This document shows positions 9,765 through 21,161 of a stretch of DNA of 64,000 nt, piece after piece. Location: NCBI GenBank assembly GCA_963707435.1, contig CAVPPF010000005.1, positions 70,832-134,831 on the forward strand. Direction: 5' to 3'. The notes under the pieces are model-generated. The model had not been told where the DNA came from and did not search any database. It saw nothing but the letters and a program-made list of their open reading frames with translations. The position numbers and the translations under genes were made by a program. The first letter of the stretch is position 1; each line of letters opens with the position of its first letter. This DNA is from an uncultured Actinomycetota bacterium. GTDB taxonomy: Bacteria > Actinomycetota > Acidimicrobiia > Spongiisociales > UBA4744.

Positions 9765-9816
9765 CGCATACGGACAGCCGTGTGCGCCCAACCCTTCGCC
9801 TCGCGAGGGGTTTTTT
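9765..9816 (+). promoter_or_regulatory. Candidate transcription attenuator: 9-bp hairpin (9765-9786) followed by a terminator-like hairpin CCCUUC[GCCUCGC]GAGGGG + U6 (9792-9816)
   Basis: cgcatacgg-acag-ccgtgtgcg stem-loop directly after the leader stop. Then cccttcgcctcgcgagggg tttttt, 17 nt before the cimA SD AGGAGAC. Confidence 0.45.
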
Positions 9817-9833
9817 GTTACCCAGGAGACACC

Positions 9834-11411
9834 ATGAAGACCGAGATCTACGACACAACGCTGCGAGACGGTTCTCAGCAGGAAGGGATTTCGCTGACGG
9901 TCGGCGACAAGCTTCGGATCGCTTCGCTGCTAGATGAACTCGGGGTCGATTACGTAGAGGGAGGATGGCCGGGCGCCAACCCCAAGGACGACGAGTTCTT
10001 CAGCCGGGCTAAGAAGGAACTTGATTTTGGCACTGCGACGCTGGTGGCCTTCGGTTCAACCCGACGGCCGCGCGGGACGGTTGCGACTGATCCTCAGCTG
10101 CAGGCCTTGCTCGCCGCGGAGACCGAAATCATCTGCATCGTCGGCAAGTCATGGGACTACCACGTCCTCGAGGCCCTCCGGACGGATCTCGATGAGGGAG
10201 TCCGCATGGTCGAAGAATCGATCCGCTACCTCCGTGACAAGGACCGGCGCGTCTTCTTCGATGCCGAACACTTCTTCGATGGCTTTCGAACCAACCCCGA
10301 CTACGCGCTCCGGGTACTTCAGGCTGCCACCGATGCGGGTGCGGAACGATTGGTGCTCTGTGACACCAACGGGGGCACCCTGCCGTCCGAAATCCTCACG
10401 ACCATCGGAAAGGTCCAGAACGCCTTCCCGAGCGGTCAGCTCGGGGTCCACTTCCACGACGATGTCGGCTGTGCAGTTGCCAGTTCTCTCGCCGCCGTCG
10501 ATGCGGGAGTCCGCCAGGTGCAGGGATGTATCAACGGGTACGGGGAGCGGACCGGCAACGCCGACCTGTCCACGCTCATCCCGGACCTGGCCCTCAAGAT
10601 GAAGCTTCCGGTCCTCCCCGAAGGACGGCTCGAGTTGCTCAGCCCGGTTGCCCACCACGTAGCCGAAGTGATCAACATCGCCCTCGACCCCCATCATCCG
10701 TACGTCGGAACATCGGCGTTCACGCACAAAGCCGGGCTGCACACATCGGCCTTGGCCCGCCGGTCGGATGCATACGAACACGAAGATCCCGCACAGGTCG
10801 GAAACTCCACCCGGATGGTTGTTTCCGAGTTGGCCGGCCGGGCCAGCGTCCTTTCCGAAGCCAGGAACCTGGGGCTCGAGGTCGACGCGGACACCGCGGT
10901 TCGCATTCTCGAAGAGGTGAAGGATCTCGAACACAAGGGTTACCACTTTGAGGCCGCCGACGGGTCGTTCGAACTGCTGATGCGGAGAGCCCTCGGATGG
11001 ACACCGGACTTCTTCGAGTTGGAGTCCTTCCGGGTCTTCACGGACCGGCGCGCCGACGAAGAGATCGTTGCCGAAGCGACCGTGAAGGTAGTCGTCGCCG
11101 GCGAACGGGTCGTCACGACGGGCGAAGGAGTCGGGCCCGTGCACGCCCTGGACCAGGCTCTTCGTGCCGCCTTGCGCAACGCCTATCCCAACATCGATCG
11201 TCTCCGACTCACCGACTACCGCGTCCGGGTGCTGGATTCTTCGCACGGGACCGGGGCGGTCGTCAGGGTGCTCCTCGAGACATCCGACGGAGACGACACG
11301 TGGGGCACCATCGGGGTGCATGAGAACGTCATCGAGGCATCGTGGGATGCTCTGACGGAAGGCCTCATCGTCGGGCTGCTCCGCCGGCAAGCCGCAGAAC
11401 GTCCCGTATAG
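9834..11411 (+). CDS. cimA: Citramalate synthase (LeuA/HCS family, CimA-type)
   Basis: 525 aa. MKTEIYDTTLRDGSQQEGISLTV...DYVEGGWPGANPKD with a LeuA-dimer-like C-terminal regulatory domain. Start ATG 9834, with SD AGGAGAC. Confidence 0.85.
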   Translation: MKTEIYDTTLRDGSQQEGISLTVGDKLRIASLLDELGVDYVEGGWPGANPKDDEFFSRAKKELDFGTATLVAFGSTRRPRGTVATDPQLQALLAAETEIICIVGKSWDYHVLEALRTDLDEGVRMVEESIRYLRDKDRRVFFDAEHFFDGFRTNPDYALRVLQAATDAGAERLVLCDTNGGTLPSEILTTIGKVQNAFPSGQLGVHFHDDVGCAVASSLAAVDAGVRQVQGCINGYGERTGNADLSTLIPDLALKMKLPVLPEGRLELLSPVAHHVAEVINIALDPHHPYVGTSAFTHKAGLHTSALARRSDAYEHEDPAQVGNSTRMVVSELAGRASVLSEARNLGLEVDADTAVRILEEVKDLEHKGYHFEAADGSFELLMRRALGWTPDFFELESFRVFTDRRADEEIVAEATVKVVVAGERVVTTGEGVGPVHALDQALRAALRNAYPNIDRLRLTDYRVRVLDSSHGTGAVVRVLLETSDGDDTWGTIGVHENVIEASWDALTEGLIVGLLRRQAAERPV

Positions 11412-11455
11412 TCGCCCTGAAGAAGCGAAGGGATCTCTGCGTGGCTGCTCGACAC

Positions 11456-12859
11456 ATGACGCCGGATGAGTTTCGACAGCGCGGCCGGGAGATCATCGAC
11501 TGGATCGCCGGCTACATGGAGCGAGTCGAAGACTATCCCGTGCTTGCGCAGGTCAAACCCGGCGACATCCGCGCCGGTTTGCCCGAACATCCGCCCGCTT
11601 CCGGCGAGGACTTCGAACGTGTGGTTGCCGACCTCGACCGGATCGTCATGCCGGGCATCACCCATTGGCAGTCCCCCAGCTTCTTCGCCTACTTCAATGC
11701 CAATGCTTCTGGACCTGCGATCCTCGGGGACCTCGTCTCGTCCGGGCTGGGGGTTCAGGGCATGCTGTGGGCAACCAGTCCGGCCTGTACGGAACTCGAA
11801 ACCCACGTCATGGATTGGCTGGTGGAGATGCTGGAGTTGCCTCCGGCCTTTCTCTCGTCGGGGTCCGGGGGCGGGGTCATCCAGGATTCCGCCTCCAGTG
11901 CGACCCTCACGGCCATCATCGCCGCTCGAGAGGCCGCCACAGCAGGCGCGAGCAACCGTACGGGGGCTCGCGGCGACCTGGTCGCCTACACCTCAAACCA
12001 GGCACACTCGTCGATCGAGAAGGGCATCCGGATAGCCGGGATCGGCGGCGACAACCTCCGTTCGATCGAGGTCGATACGGCGTTCGCCATGGTGCCGGAG
12101 GCGCTGGAGAGGGCCATTGAGGACGACCTGGCTGCCGGCCTTCGACCCTTCTTTGTGTGTGCCACCGTGGGTACCACCTCGTCGACGGCCATTGATCCGG
12201 TCCGTCGAATCGGTGAGATCTGCCGCCAGTATGGGATCTGGTTGCACGTTGATGCGGCGCTGGCCGGGACGGCAGCCCTGCTCCCGGAAATGCGCTGGAT
12301 CCACGACGGCCTCGAACTGGCAGATAGCTACGTATTCAATCCGCACAAGTGGATGCTGACCAACTTCGATTGCACGGCCTTCTATGTAGCCGACCGAATG
12401 CGCCTCATCGGGGCCCTCTCGGTGCTGCCCGAATACCTGCGAAATGAAGCGTCGGCATCCGGGGCGGTGATCGACTACCGGGATTGGCAGATCCCGCTCG
12501 GCCGCCGTTTCCGGGCTCTGAAGCTCTGGTTCGTGATTCGTCACTACGGGGTCGAGGGTCTGCGTGCCTTCGTTGCCGAGCACCTGCGCCTTGCGGAACT
12601 CTTCGCCTCGTGGGTGGAGGCCGATTCCGATTTCGAGTTGGCTGCTCCAGCGCCCATCAATCTCGTCTGTTTCCGCCACACCGGCGGGGACGCGATCAAC
12701 CAGCGCATCATGGACGGCGTCAACGACTCGGGAAGGATCTTCATCACCCACACCCGGCTCGACGGGAAACTCACCCTGCGCATGGCGATCGGTCAGACCC
12801 ACACTTCCGAGCGACACGTCCGGCAAGCCTGGGAACTCATCCAGGAGGCGGCCGGATAG
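11456..12859 (+). CDS. PLP-dependent group II decarboxylase (aromatic-L-amino-acid / tyrosine decarboxylase-like)
   Basis: 467 aa. PLP lysine context SYVFNPHKWMLTNFDC. Matches the DDC/TyrDC family along its whole length. Confidence 0.85.
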   Translation: MTPDEFRQRGREIIDWIAGYMERVEDYPVLAQVKPGDIRAGLPEHPPASGEDFERVVADLDRIVMPGITHWQSPSFFAYFNANASGPAILGDLVSSGLGVQGMLWATSPACTELETHVMDWLVEMLELPPAFLSSGSGGGVIQDSASSATLTAIIAAREAATAGASNRTGARGDLVAYTSNQAHSSIEKGIRIAGIGGDNLRSIEVDTAFAMVPEALERAIEDDLAAGLRPFFVCATVGTTSSTAIDPVRRIGEICRQYGIWLHVDAALAGTAALLPEMRWIHDGLELADSYVFNPHKWMLTNFDCTAFYVADRMRLIGALSVLPEYLRNEASASGAVIDYRDWQIPLGRRFRALKLWFVIRHYGVEGLRAFVAEHLRLAELFASWVEADSDFELAAPAPINLVCFRHTGGDAINQRIMDGVNDSGRIFITHTRLDGKLTLRMAIGQTHTSERHVRQAWELIQEAAG

Positions 12860-13030
12860 GGCCCTACCGGTCCTGGTGAGTTGAGGCGCAGCTGCGGTTG
12901 CGCAAAGCGCGAAATATCACCAAACGGTGCCACAGTTTTCCTCGAACGGCGGAATAGAATCCGCGCGTTCGGCCGACCGGCCGGACACTGTGTACCGGGC
13001 ACCAACCCGGGAATACCGAAGGAAGGCACC

Positions 13031-13114
13031 GTGGCTGCAAAGAAGCCAGCACCCAAGAAGGCCGCTCCCAAGAAGGCGGCCCCCAAACCTGCCGCAAAAC
13101 CCAAGAAGAGGTAA
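13031..13114 (+). CDS. Small basic protein, 27 aa: (M)AAKKPAPKKAAPKKAAPKPAAKPKKR
   Basis: GTG start 5 nt after a strong SD GAAGGAAGG (13017-13025). Stop TAA 13112-13114. Perfect terminator 17 nt downstream. Lys/Ala/Pro repeats resemble actinobacterial HU (HupB) tails. Confidence 0.55.
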   Translation: MAAKKPAPKKAAPKKAAPKPAAKPKKR

Positions 13115-13130
13115 CGCTCTCAATGCCAGC

Positions 13131-13162
13131 GGTGGGGACCCGGATCCGGGTCCCCACCGTTT
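13131..13162 (+). terminator. Rho-independent terminator (perfect palindrome GGTGGGGACCCGGATCCGGGTCCCCACC + GTTTTG)
   Basis: 14-nt arms are exact reverse complements. Followed by a T-run on the plus strand. Confidence 0.65.
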
Positions 13163-13192
13163 TGTCACCGCCGCCGACTCGACCGGCGGCCT

Positions 13193-13774
13193 CTACGGGT
13201 CGATGAGCTCGCCCGGCGGCATGCGGGTCACCGGTGGCTCCAGCCCTACCAGTTGCCTGACCATGTGGGCCGTTGCCCCCCACAAGACCTCTCCCTCGAG
13301 ATCGAAGAACCAGACCTTATGCTGTCGCCACAACTCAAAACGCCAGCCGTCTGCAGCGGCGAAGATATCAACCGGCGGTTCAAGAATCTTGTCGACCTCA
13401 CGCGGGGACGGTTGGAGCTGAGGGACGCTCTTGATCCACCCGACCACGGGAACAACCAGCAGGGAGTACTCGATGGTGTGTATCGCCGGGAGGAACCCGA
13501 CGACGTCGACCAGCGCCGGGACGAGCCCCACTTCCTCTTCAGCCTCCCGCAGCGCCGTCCCCACGGGACCACCGTCACCATCGTCCGGGCGCCCGCCGGG
13601 AAAGGCCAGGTGCCCGGCGTGGGTGGGCATGGTCATAGGTCGCTTCGTGAGAATGATCCGCGTCACACCTCGCTCGTCGTCGTAGAGCGGAACGAGAACG
13701 GCGGCTTGTGGCAATGGACCGGGCGGCGGGGGTTCGGGTTGGATCCCGGGAAAGCGTCTGGAGAATTCGTTCAC
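13193..13774 (-). CDS. NUDIX hydrolase (CoA pyrophosphatase NudL-like)
   Basis: 193 aa. Nudix box GGRPDDGDGGPVGTALREAEEEVGL. Confidence 0.8.
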   Translation of the reverse strand: MNEFSRRFPGIQPEPPPPGPLPQAAVLVPLYDDERGVTRIILTKRPMTMPTHAGHLAFPGGRPDDGDGGPVGTALREAEEEVGLVPALVDVVGFLPAIHTIEYSLLVVPVVGWIKSVPQLQPSPREVDKILEPPVDIFAAADGWRFELWRQHKVWFFDLEGEVLWGATAHMVRQLVGLEPPVTRMPPGELIDP

Positions 13775-13809
13775 CCGAACATGGTACGACGCCGATAGTC
13801 TGAGCGGAC

Positions 13810-14427
13810 ATGGATGACCTGTCGACCGCTCCCCGATTCTCGCGCCGGTTCATGCTGCGCCCGTTCAAGCGCCGTGACGCCGACGAGATGGCAGAAGCCG
13901 TGGCGGCATCGCAGATGGAGCTCAACGAGTGGCTGCCCTGGGCTCATCTCGGCTATTCGAAAAGCGATGCGATCGGCTACATCCGCGACAGCCTCAAATC
14001 GTGGCGGGAGGAACGAGCCTACGACCTGGCGATTCGCAGGCTCGACGACCCGGACCGCCATATCGGCAACATCTCGGTCTGGTTCGTTTCACGATCGTTC
14101 AAGACGGGAGAAATCGGCTACTGGGTTCGCACCGACGAGACCGCCCAGGGAGTCGCGACCGAGGTTGCGGCCCGGGCGCTCCAGATCGCCTTCGAGGAAC
14201 TCAAGATGCATCGGGTGATCCTCCGGATCGCGGTCGGCAACCGGCCCAGCGAACGCGTTGCGGAGAAGCTCGGGTTCTTCCGCGAGGGAATCCTCAGGGA
14301 GGAGATCAAAGTCCGCGGGACCTGGCTCGATCACTCCGTATGGGGACTGCTCGAACACGAGTACCGCAAGAACCTCGGGTTGTACCGGGGTCTCATCGGA
14401 GCGGGCGAGGAAGTAGTCGAGAAGTAG
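13810..14427 (+). CDS. GNAT family N-acetyltransferase (RimJ/RimL-like)
   Basis: 205 aa. Acetyl-CoA-binding region RVILRIAVGNRPSERVAEKLGF. Confidence 0.8.
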   Translation: MDDLSTAPRFSRRFMLRPFKRRDADEMAEAVAASQMELNEWLPWAHLGYSKSDAIGYIRDSLKSWREERAYDLAIRRLDDPDRHIGNISVWFVSRSFKTGEIGYWVRTDETAQGVATEVAARALQIAFEELKMHRVILRIAVGNRPSERVAEKLGFFREGILREEIKVRGTWLDHSVWGLLEHEYRKNLGLYRGLIGAGEEVVEK

Positions 14428-14460
14428 AGGTCCCGCCACCAGACGAAACGGTAGCCAACG

Positions 14461-14490
14461 AGAAGGGGCCCCCGCAGGGGCCCTTCTCAC
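14461..14490. terminator. GC-rich hairpin between the convergent GNAT and groEL genes (possible bidirectional terminator)
   Basis: agaaggggcc-cccgca-ggggcccttct. A weakly T-rich tract follows on the minus strand. Confidence 0.4.
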
Positions 14491-14507
14491 GTTCAGATGG
14501 TCGGGAC

Positions 14508-16154
<1,647 letters not shown>

Positions 16155-16445
16155 TTAGGCGATGATCGCGAGCAGGTCGCGAGAAGAGAGGATCAGATAC
16201 TCCTGGCCCTCGAACTTGATTTCGGTTCCCCCGTACTTGGAGTAGACGACCGTGTCGCCTTCCTTGACGTCCATAGGGGTGCGTTCTCCTTGGTCGTTGA
16301 CCTCTCCCGGTCCAACGGCCAGCACCTCACCCAACTGCGGCTTTTCCTTGGCCGTATCAGGTATTACCAGACCAGACGGGGTGCGGGCATCTTGATCGTC
16401 CTTGGCCTTGACGACCACACGATCACCCAATGGCTTCAATTTCAT
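16155..16445 (-). CDS. groS: Co-chaperonin GroES
   Basis: 96 aa. [13 protein letters not shown]... Confidence 0.97.
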   Translation of the reverse strand: MKLKPLGDRVVVKAKDDQDARTPSGLVIPDTAKEKPQLGEVLAVGPGEVNDQGERTPMDVKEGDTVVYSKYGGTEIKFEGQEYLILSSRDLLAIIA

Positions 16446-16469
16446 AGCGGAGTCCCTCCTTCACTCGGG

Positions 16470-16526
16470 TTAGCACTCCATGGCTCTGAGTGCCAGATTC
16501 TAGCACTCTCTTTTGCCGAGTGCTAA
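16470..16526. promoter_or_regulatory. Two tandem CIRCE operators (HrcA binding sites) upstream of groES
   Basis: TTAGCACTC-N9-GAGTGCCAG (16470-16496) and CTAGCACTC-N9-GAGTGCTAA (16500-16526). Matches the CIRCE consensus TTAGCACTC-N9-GAGTGCTAA. Confidence 0.8.
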
Positions 16527-16598
16527 CCGCTCTTTCGCGAGCTCGGAAACCAGCGATCAGCGACACTATGGCGGCTGTTCGGAACTGCGAACCGGCAG

Positions 16599-17684
16599 CT
16601 ACGCCTTCGGTCGGTCCGGATCCTCGATCAGCCAATGCATAATCCCTCGCACGGGCGTCGTGGTCACCTGGAAGAGTCCGGCCAGGCCGCGACCAACGAC
16701 CCGATCGACCCTGGGCAACCGTGGCCCGCCGATGAAACCTCGCCGTGAGAAGTACAACCAGAGGCCAATCGCAAAGCAGGCCATGACCCCGAGCAAAGCG
16801 AAGTACGCCCATGGCTTTTTGAGTTCCGGCATGTTCGTGAAGTTCATGCCGTAGATTCCGGCCAGGAGGGAAAGCGGGAGGATGATCGCCGAGAAGACGG
16901 TCAGTACCTTCATGACCTCGTTCATACGTTCGGCCACCGTGCTTCGATACGTTTCTAGTACTGAGGCCAGGAGCGCTCGCGCCATGTCGAGCGACTCGAC
17001 CACCCGGAAACAATCGTCGTACACGCTATCGAGCCGGCGCCTGGCCCGATCGTCGATCCCCGGCATGCCCTCGTGCATGAGACTGCGCACCATGTCGCGC
17101 TCGGGCGCCAGCGCCCGCCGCAACACGATCGCGTCTCGCCGGAAAGCCTGCACCAACCCGACGACGTTTGGATCTCCGGCAACCGAGCGAGACTCGAGAT
17201 CCGATATCTGGGCTTCCAGACCGTCGACGAGTTGGAGCGATCTGCGGGCCGCCGCCTCCAGGATTCCCGCCAGAAGCACATCCGGCCGCAAAGACGAAAG
17301 ATCCTCTGCCTGGAGCACCCGCTCGCGCGTCCACTCCACTCCCGGGATCTGGGCGCGATGAAAGGTGATCAAATACCGGTCCGATAGGAAGCCGTCGAGC
17401 TCGGCAGTTGTCACTCGATCTTCGATGAGCGCCGGGCTATGTGAAGAGAAGAACAGGTGATCGTCGTAGTCGTCGGCCTTGGGGAACTCGGTGATGGCGT
17501 GTACGTCATCGAGGCCCACCCGGTTCAATCTGAACAGACGTCCGATCTCATCCACGACCTCGCTGTCGACCTCGTCAACGTCGAGCCAGAACCAAGCTGC
17601 CCCGCTCACCAGATCTTCAAGCTCGTGCGGCTCGGGTGATGTGAACGAGTGTCCTTCACTGTCAACGGTGATGAGTTGCATCAT
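16599..17684 (-). CDS. corA: Magnesium/cobalt transporter CorA
   Basis: 361 aa. Two C-terminal TM helices with the GMNF signature. Confidence 0.9.
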   Translation of the reverse strand: MMQLITVDSEGHSFTSPEPHELEDLVSGAAWFWLDVDEVDSEVVDEIGRLFRLNRVGLDDVHAITEFPKADDYDDHLFFSSHSPALIEDRVTTAELDGFLSDRYLITFHRAQIPGVEWTRERVLQAEDLSSLRPDVLLAGILEAAARRSLQLVDGLEAQISDLESRSVAGDPNVVGLVQAFRRDAIVLRRALAPERDMVRSLMHEGMPGIDDRARRRLDSVYDDCFRVVESLDMARALLASVLETYRSTVAERMNEVMKVLTVFSAIILPLSLLAGIYGMNFTNMPELKKPWAYFALLGVMACFAIGLWLYFSRRGFIGGPRLPRVDRVVGRGLAGLFQVTTTPVRGIMHWLIEDPDRPKA

Positions 17685-17825
17685 GCACGTCCGATTATCG
17701 GGCCAAAGACCGTTGGAGAAGGGTATTTGGCAGTGACGAGCGAGCGGACGGCAGTCGGCGACGGCGAACTACGGGCTCCGAATCGCCGGCTCCCGTCCTC
17801 AGGATCCAGCCATCGGGTCGAAGAG

Positions 17826-18947
17826 TCAGGAGAGAGATCGCCGCTGCATCCACCGGGCAATATCGCTCGCGGTGACGACGCCGACCAACGTGCCGTCCTC
17901 GACAACCACAACACGCTCGCTGGTGCCGCCCAGCTTGCTCAGAATCTCCTCGGCAGGGGTGTCCGCTCCGACGGCGTCCTCAGGTTCAAGCACCTGCATG
18001 CTGTCGGCAACCTGCACGTCGTTCCACCTCGTACGCGGGACGTCGCCGAGTTGTTTGAGCGAGATGAAACCGCGCACCCTCCCGTCCTGGACGACCGGAA
18101 ACGCAGACACGTTGTTCACCATGAAGTGGTCTTCGAACACCTCCTGCAAGGTGAGGTCGCCGTCGACCGCCAGTGGCGTACGCGTCATCACCTGGGCAGC
18201 CACCACGCCGTGGAGGCCCTCCTGGACGCTGAGCTGGCTGAGCGCCGCTCCGGCTGCCTGGAACAGGAACCAACCGAGCACGATCCACCACAACCCCCCG
18301 AAATCCCCCCGGAAGAACACGCTCAACACGCCGACGGCGATCATTCCACCCGCCACGATCCGGCCGCCGTTGCCGGCTATCTGCGTGGCCCGCCGATAGT
18401 CGCCGGTGGTTCGCCACACGATCGATCGCACCACCCGGCCGCCGTCGAGCGGAAACCCGGGGAGCAGGTTGAAAGCTCCCAGCAGAACATTGATCCATCC
18501 GAGCCTGCCGAACAACTGATCGAAGACCGTTCGATCGCCGGCGAGGGCCGCCAGACCCAGGAACAACGCTCCGAGAACAAACGATGATGCAGGACCGGCA
18601 ATCGTGATCACAAACTCGTCCTGCGGGGTAGCCGCTTCGGATTCGATCTCCGAAACTCCACCGAAGACAAACAGCCGGATCCTCCGCACCTTCGTGCCTC
18701 GTCTGACCGCAACCACCGAGTGGCTCAGCTCGTGCACCAGCACGCTCGAGAAGAAGAGGAGAGCTCCGAAGAGGGAAGCGACCCACAGCGACGTTTCGCC
18801 GAGAGGGTCCATCAACCCTCGACCCTGAGCATCGACCAGATCGGCCCAAAAGAAAAAGACGATCAGGAAGAAGATCACCAGCCAGGAGGTATCGACGACG
18901 ATCGGGATGCCGAACACGCGGCCAACCCGGAGGCCGCCTCCGGTCAT
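17826..18947 (-). CDS. Site-2 protease family (M50) zinc metalloprotease with C-terminal CBS pair
   Basis: 373 aa. HELSH zinc motif, multi-TM core, tandem CBS-like C-terminus. Confidence 0.85.
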   Translation of the reverse strand: MTGGGLRVGRVFGIPIVVDTSWLVIFFLIVFFFWADLVDAQGRGLMDPLGETSLWVASLFGALLFFSSVLVHELSHSVVAVRRGTKVRRIRLFVFGGVSEIESEAATPQDEFVITIAGPASSFVLGALFLGLAALAGDRTVFDQLFGRLGWINVLLGAFNLLPGFPLDGGRVVRSIVWRTTGDYRRATQIAGNGGRIVAGGMIAVGVLSVFFRGDFGGLWWIVLGWFLFQAAGAALSQLSVQEGLHGVVAAQVMTRTPLAVDGDLTLQEVFEDHFMVNNVSAFPVVQDGRVRGFISLKQLGDVPRTRWNDVQVADSMQVLEPEDAVGADTPAEEILSKLGGTSERVVVVEDGTLVGVVTASDIARWMQRRSLS

Positions 18948-19960
18948 TGGATGTCGAGCGACAGCGACGGATCAACCTGCCCGTCCCAGGCGGTATACAC
19001 ACCCTCGGACAGCCAATGCGATCCGGCTGCGCCGATCATGGCGGCGTTGTCGGTGCAGAGCAGCGGAGAGGGAAGCAGCAGCCGCACACCCCGACGATCG
19101 GCTTCCTCCTGCATGCGTACCCGCAACCGGCGATTGGCGAGGACTCCCCCACCGCCGCCCACCAACTTGACTCCCGTGTCGTCCACCGCATTGAAGGTCT
19201 TGGTGACGAGCGCATCAACGATGGCTTCCTGGACCGAGGCGGCCACGTCGGCCAGAGGCGGCAGGGTGTTGCCGGCCGCCGACTTCTTGATGAAGGTGAC
19301 GACCGATGTCTTCAGGCCCGAGAACGACAGGTTGTAGCGGTCGTCCGCGAGCGCCCGGGGGAAACGAACAGTTTCGGGATTACCGTTGGTTGAAGCCCGG
19401 TCGATCGCCGGCCCACCCGGATAGCCGAGACCCATGAACCTGGCCAGCTTGTCGAACGCCTCGCCCGAAGCATCATCGATGGTGCGCCCGAGAACCTCGT
19501 AGTCGCCCCAATCCCGCACGTGGACGATCTGGCTGTGCCCTCCCGAGGCCAGGACCACAACCGCCGGGGGCACGAACTCGTCGTCTTCGAGGCGGGGAGC
19601 AAACAAATGGCCTTCCATGTGGTCGACTCCGATGAAGGGGAGTTGCCTGGCCCACGCCGTTGCCTTGCCGAACGAGAAGCCGACCAGCAGAGCTCCAACC
19701 AGCCCCGGCCCCTGCGTGGCGGCTATTCCGTCGAGATCGTCGGGGTGCACACCGGCTTCGCTGATTGCCCGATGGGTGAGGGCGCGGATCGACTCAACAT
19801 GAGCACGGGCCGCGACTTCGGGAACCACGCCCCCGAACCGGGAGTGCATATCGACCTGAGAGGACAGCACATTGGAGAGCGCACGGGTGCCCCGTACAAC
19901 TGCCACAGCGGTTTCGTCGCAGCTGGTTTCAAACGCCAGAACCGTTGGTTCGAGACTCAT
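18944..19960 (-). CDS. tsaD: tRNA N6-adenosine threonylcarbamoyltransferase
   Basis: [22 protein letters not shown]... Start ATG 19960, with a 4-bp ATGA overlap with rimI. Confidence 0.93.
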   Translation of the reverse strand: MSLEPTVLAFETSCDETAVAVVRGTRALSNVLSSQVDMHSRFGGVVPEVAARAHVESIRALTHRAISEAGVHPDDLDGIAATQGPGLVGALLVGFSFGKATAWARQLPFIGVDHMEGHLFAPRLEDDEFVPPAVVVLASGGHSQIVHVRDWGDYEVLGRTIDDASGEAFDKLARFMGLGYPGGPAIDRASTNGNPETVRFPRALADDRYNLSFSGLKTSVVTFIKKSAAGNTLPPLADVAASVQEAIVDALVTKTFNAVDDTGVKLVGGGGGVLANRRLRVRMQEEADRRGVRLLLPSPLLCTDNAAMIGAAGSHWLSEGVYTAWDGQVDPSLSLDIQ

Positions 19961-20466
19961 GGCAGGCTGCTCCTGATCGCTTCGATCCGGTCGGCAAAGA
20001 GTGGCTGGTCGATGTCGTGGACCCACATGATGAGGGCATCCTCATCCCCGTAGTAGCTCTTGCGCACTCCCACCGGGGCCATCCCGAAATTGCGATAAAG
20101 CTCCTGAGCGGAATGGTTGGACGAGCGGACTTCGAGCGTGAGATGTTTCGCTCCCCGGTCAAGCGCGGCATCGATGAGGCCGAGCATCAGCCGCGTACCG
20201 AGCTTGCGACCCCGGGCCTCCGGGGTCACGGCAATGGTCGTCACGTGAGCTTCTTCGGCTACGTGGAGCAGACCGGCATATCCGACCACCTCGCCCGACT
20301 CATCCACCGCAACGACGTAGTGACGACCGTTCTGTTCCAGCTCTTCTCGAAACAACGCCTCCGACCATGGTTGCGGGAAGGTTGAGCACTCGAGCCGGTG
20401 AACACCGGGCAGGTCGAGCAACCGCATCGGTCGAATATCGATCACGCCGGCGAGGATTCCGCCCAT
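19957..20466 (-). CDS. rimI: Ribosomal-protein-alanine N-acetyltransferase
   Basis: GNAT fold; its position between tsaB and tsaD is conserved. Alternative start ATG 20427 (MRLLDLPG). Confidence 0.85.
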   Translation of the reverse strand: MGGILAGVIDIRPMRLLDLPGVHRLECSTFPQPWSEALFREELEQNGRHYVVAVDESGEVVGYAGLLHVAEEAHVTTIAVTPEARGRKLGTRLMLGLIDAALDRGAKHLTLEVRSSNHSAQELYRNFGMAPVGVRKSYYGDEDALIMWVHDIDQPLFADRIEAIRSSLP

Positions 20467-21161
20467 GGCCCCTCCTCCCGGTAGGTCTTCCAGCTGATAT
20501 TGACGTCGGGCTCCCGCAGGTACAGCGGGCGAACCTCGTCCGCGTGAGGGAACTCTTCCTTTTCCACACGGCCGACGGCCAGCTCGAGCATCGCCTCTGC
20601 CGCCGGAAACTGTGGCCTGCCGCTCTTCACCCGATGGAGCCCCTGAAAGAACCCCTCTGGCAGGGAAGCCCAGTCGCCCACAACGAGTGCGTCTTCCGGA
20701 TCAGACTGCAAGATGGCCCGGAATCGCTCGACGGTGACCAATTGGGGAGGACCGTCCTTGACCACGCCACCCGGTAACGGCCGGTAGGACGCTACCGCCA
20801 GTTCGCCGCGGCGCACATCAACGATCGACCAGATGTGCCTGCGGTGCGTGGAGGCCCGCAAGGCGATCACATCCAGCGAACTCAGAGGAACGAGCGGAAC
20901 CCCGAGCGCCGCGGCCAGCCCCTGAGCAGTGGACAGGCCGACCCGGATACCGGTATAGAGGCCGGGACCCACGTCGACCACGATCGCGTCGAGCTCGTGG
21001 GGACGCCAGCCCACCTGGTCAAAGCAGAAGTCGAGCGCCGACACGATGAAGGCCCCATGGCCCCGCCGGTCGACTCGATCGGCTGCCGCGACCACATTGC
21101 GTCCGTTCCCGAGCGCAATAGAACTGGCCGGGGTTGCGGTCTCGATAGCCAGCAGCCTCAT
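20442..21161 (-). CDS. tsaB: tRNA threonylcarbamoyladenosine biosynthesis protein TsaB (YeaZ)
   Basis: MRLLAIETATPASSIALG... Start ATG 21161, overlapping the tsaE stop (ATGA). Confidence 0.85.
   Translation of the reverse strand: MRLLAIETATPASSIALGNGRNVVAAADRVDRRGHGAFIVSALDFCFDQVGWRPHELDAIVVDVGPGLYTGIRVGLSTAQGLAAALGVPLVPLSSLDVIALRASTHRRHIWSIVDVRRGELAVASYRPLPGGVVKDGPPQLVTVERFRAILQSDPEDALVVGDWASLPEGFFQGLHRVKSGRPQFPAAEAMLELAVGRVEKEEFPHADEVRPLYLREPDVNISWKTYREEGPWAESSPA

Noticed and set aside
12881-13114. 77-aa ORF version of the small peptide gene (ATG/alternative start at 12881)
   Set aside because: The upstream 50 codons have no coding character. The strong SD is positioned for the GTG at 13031, so the 27-aa product is preferred.
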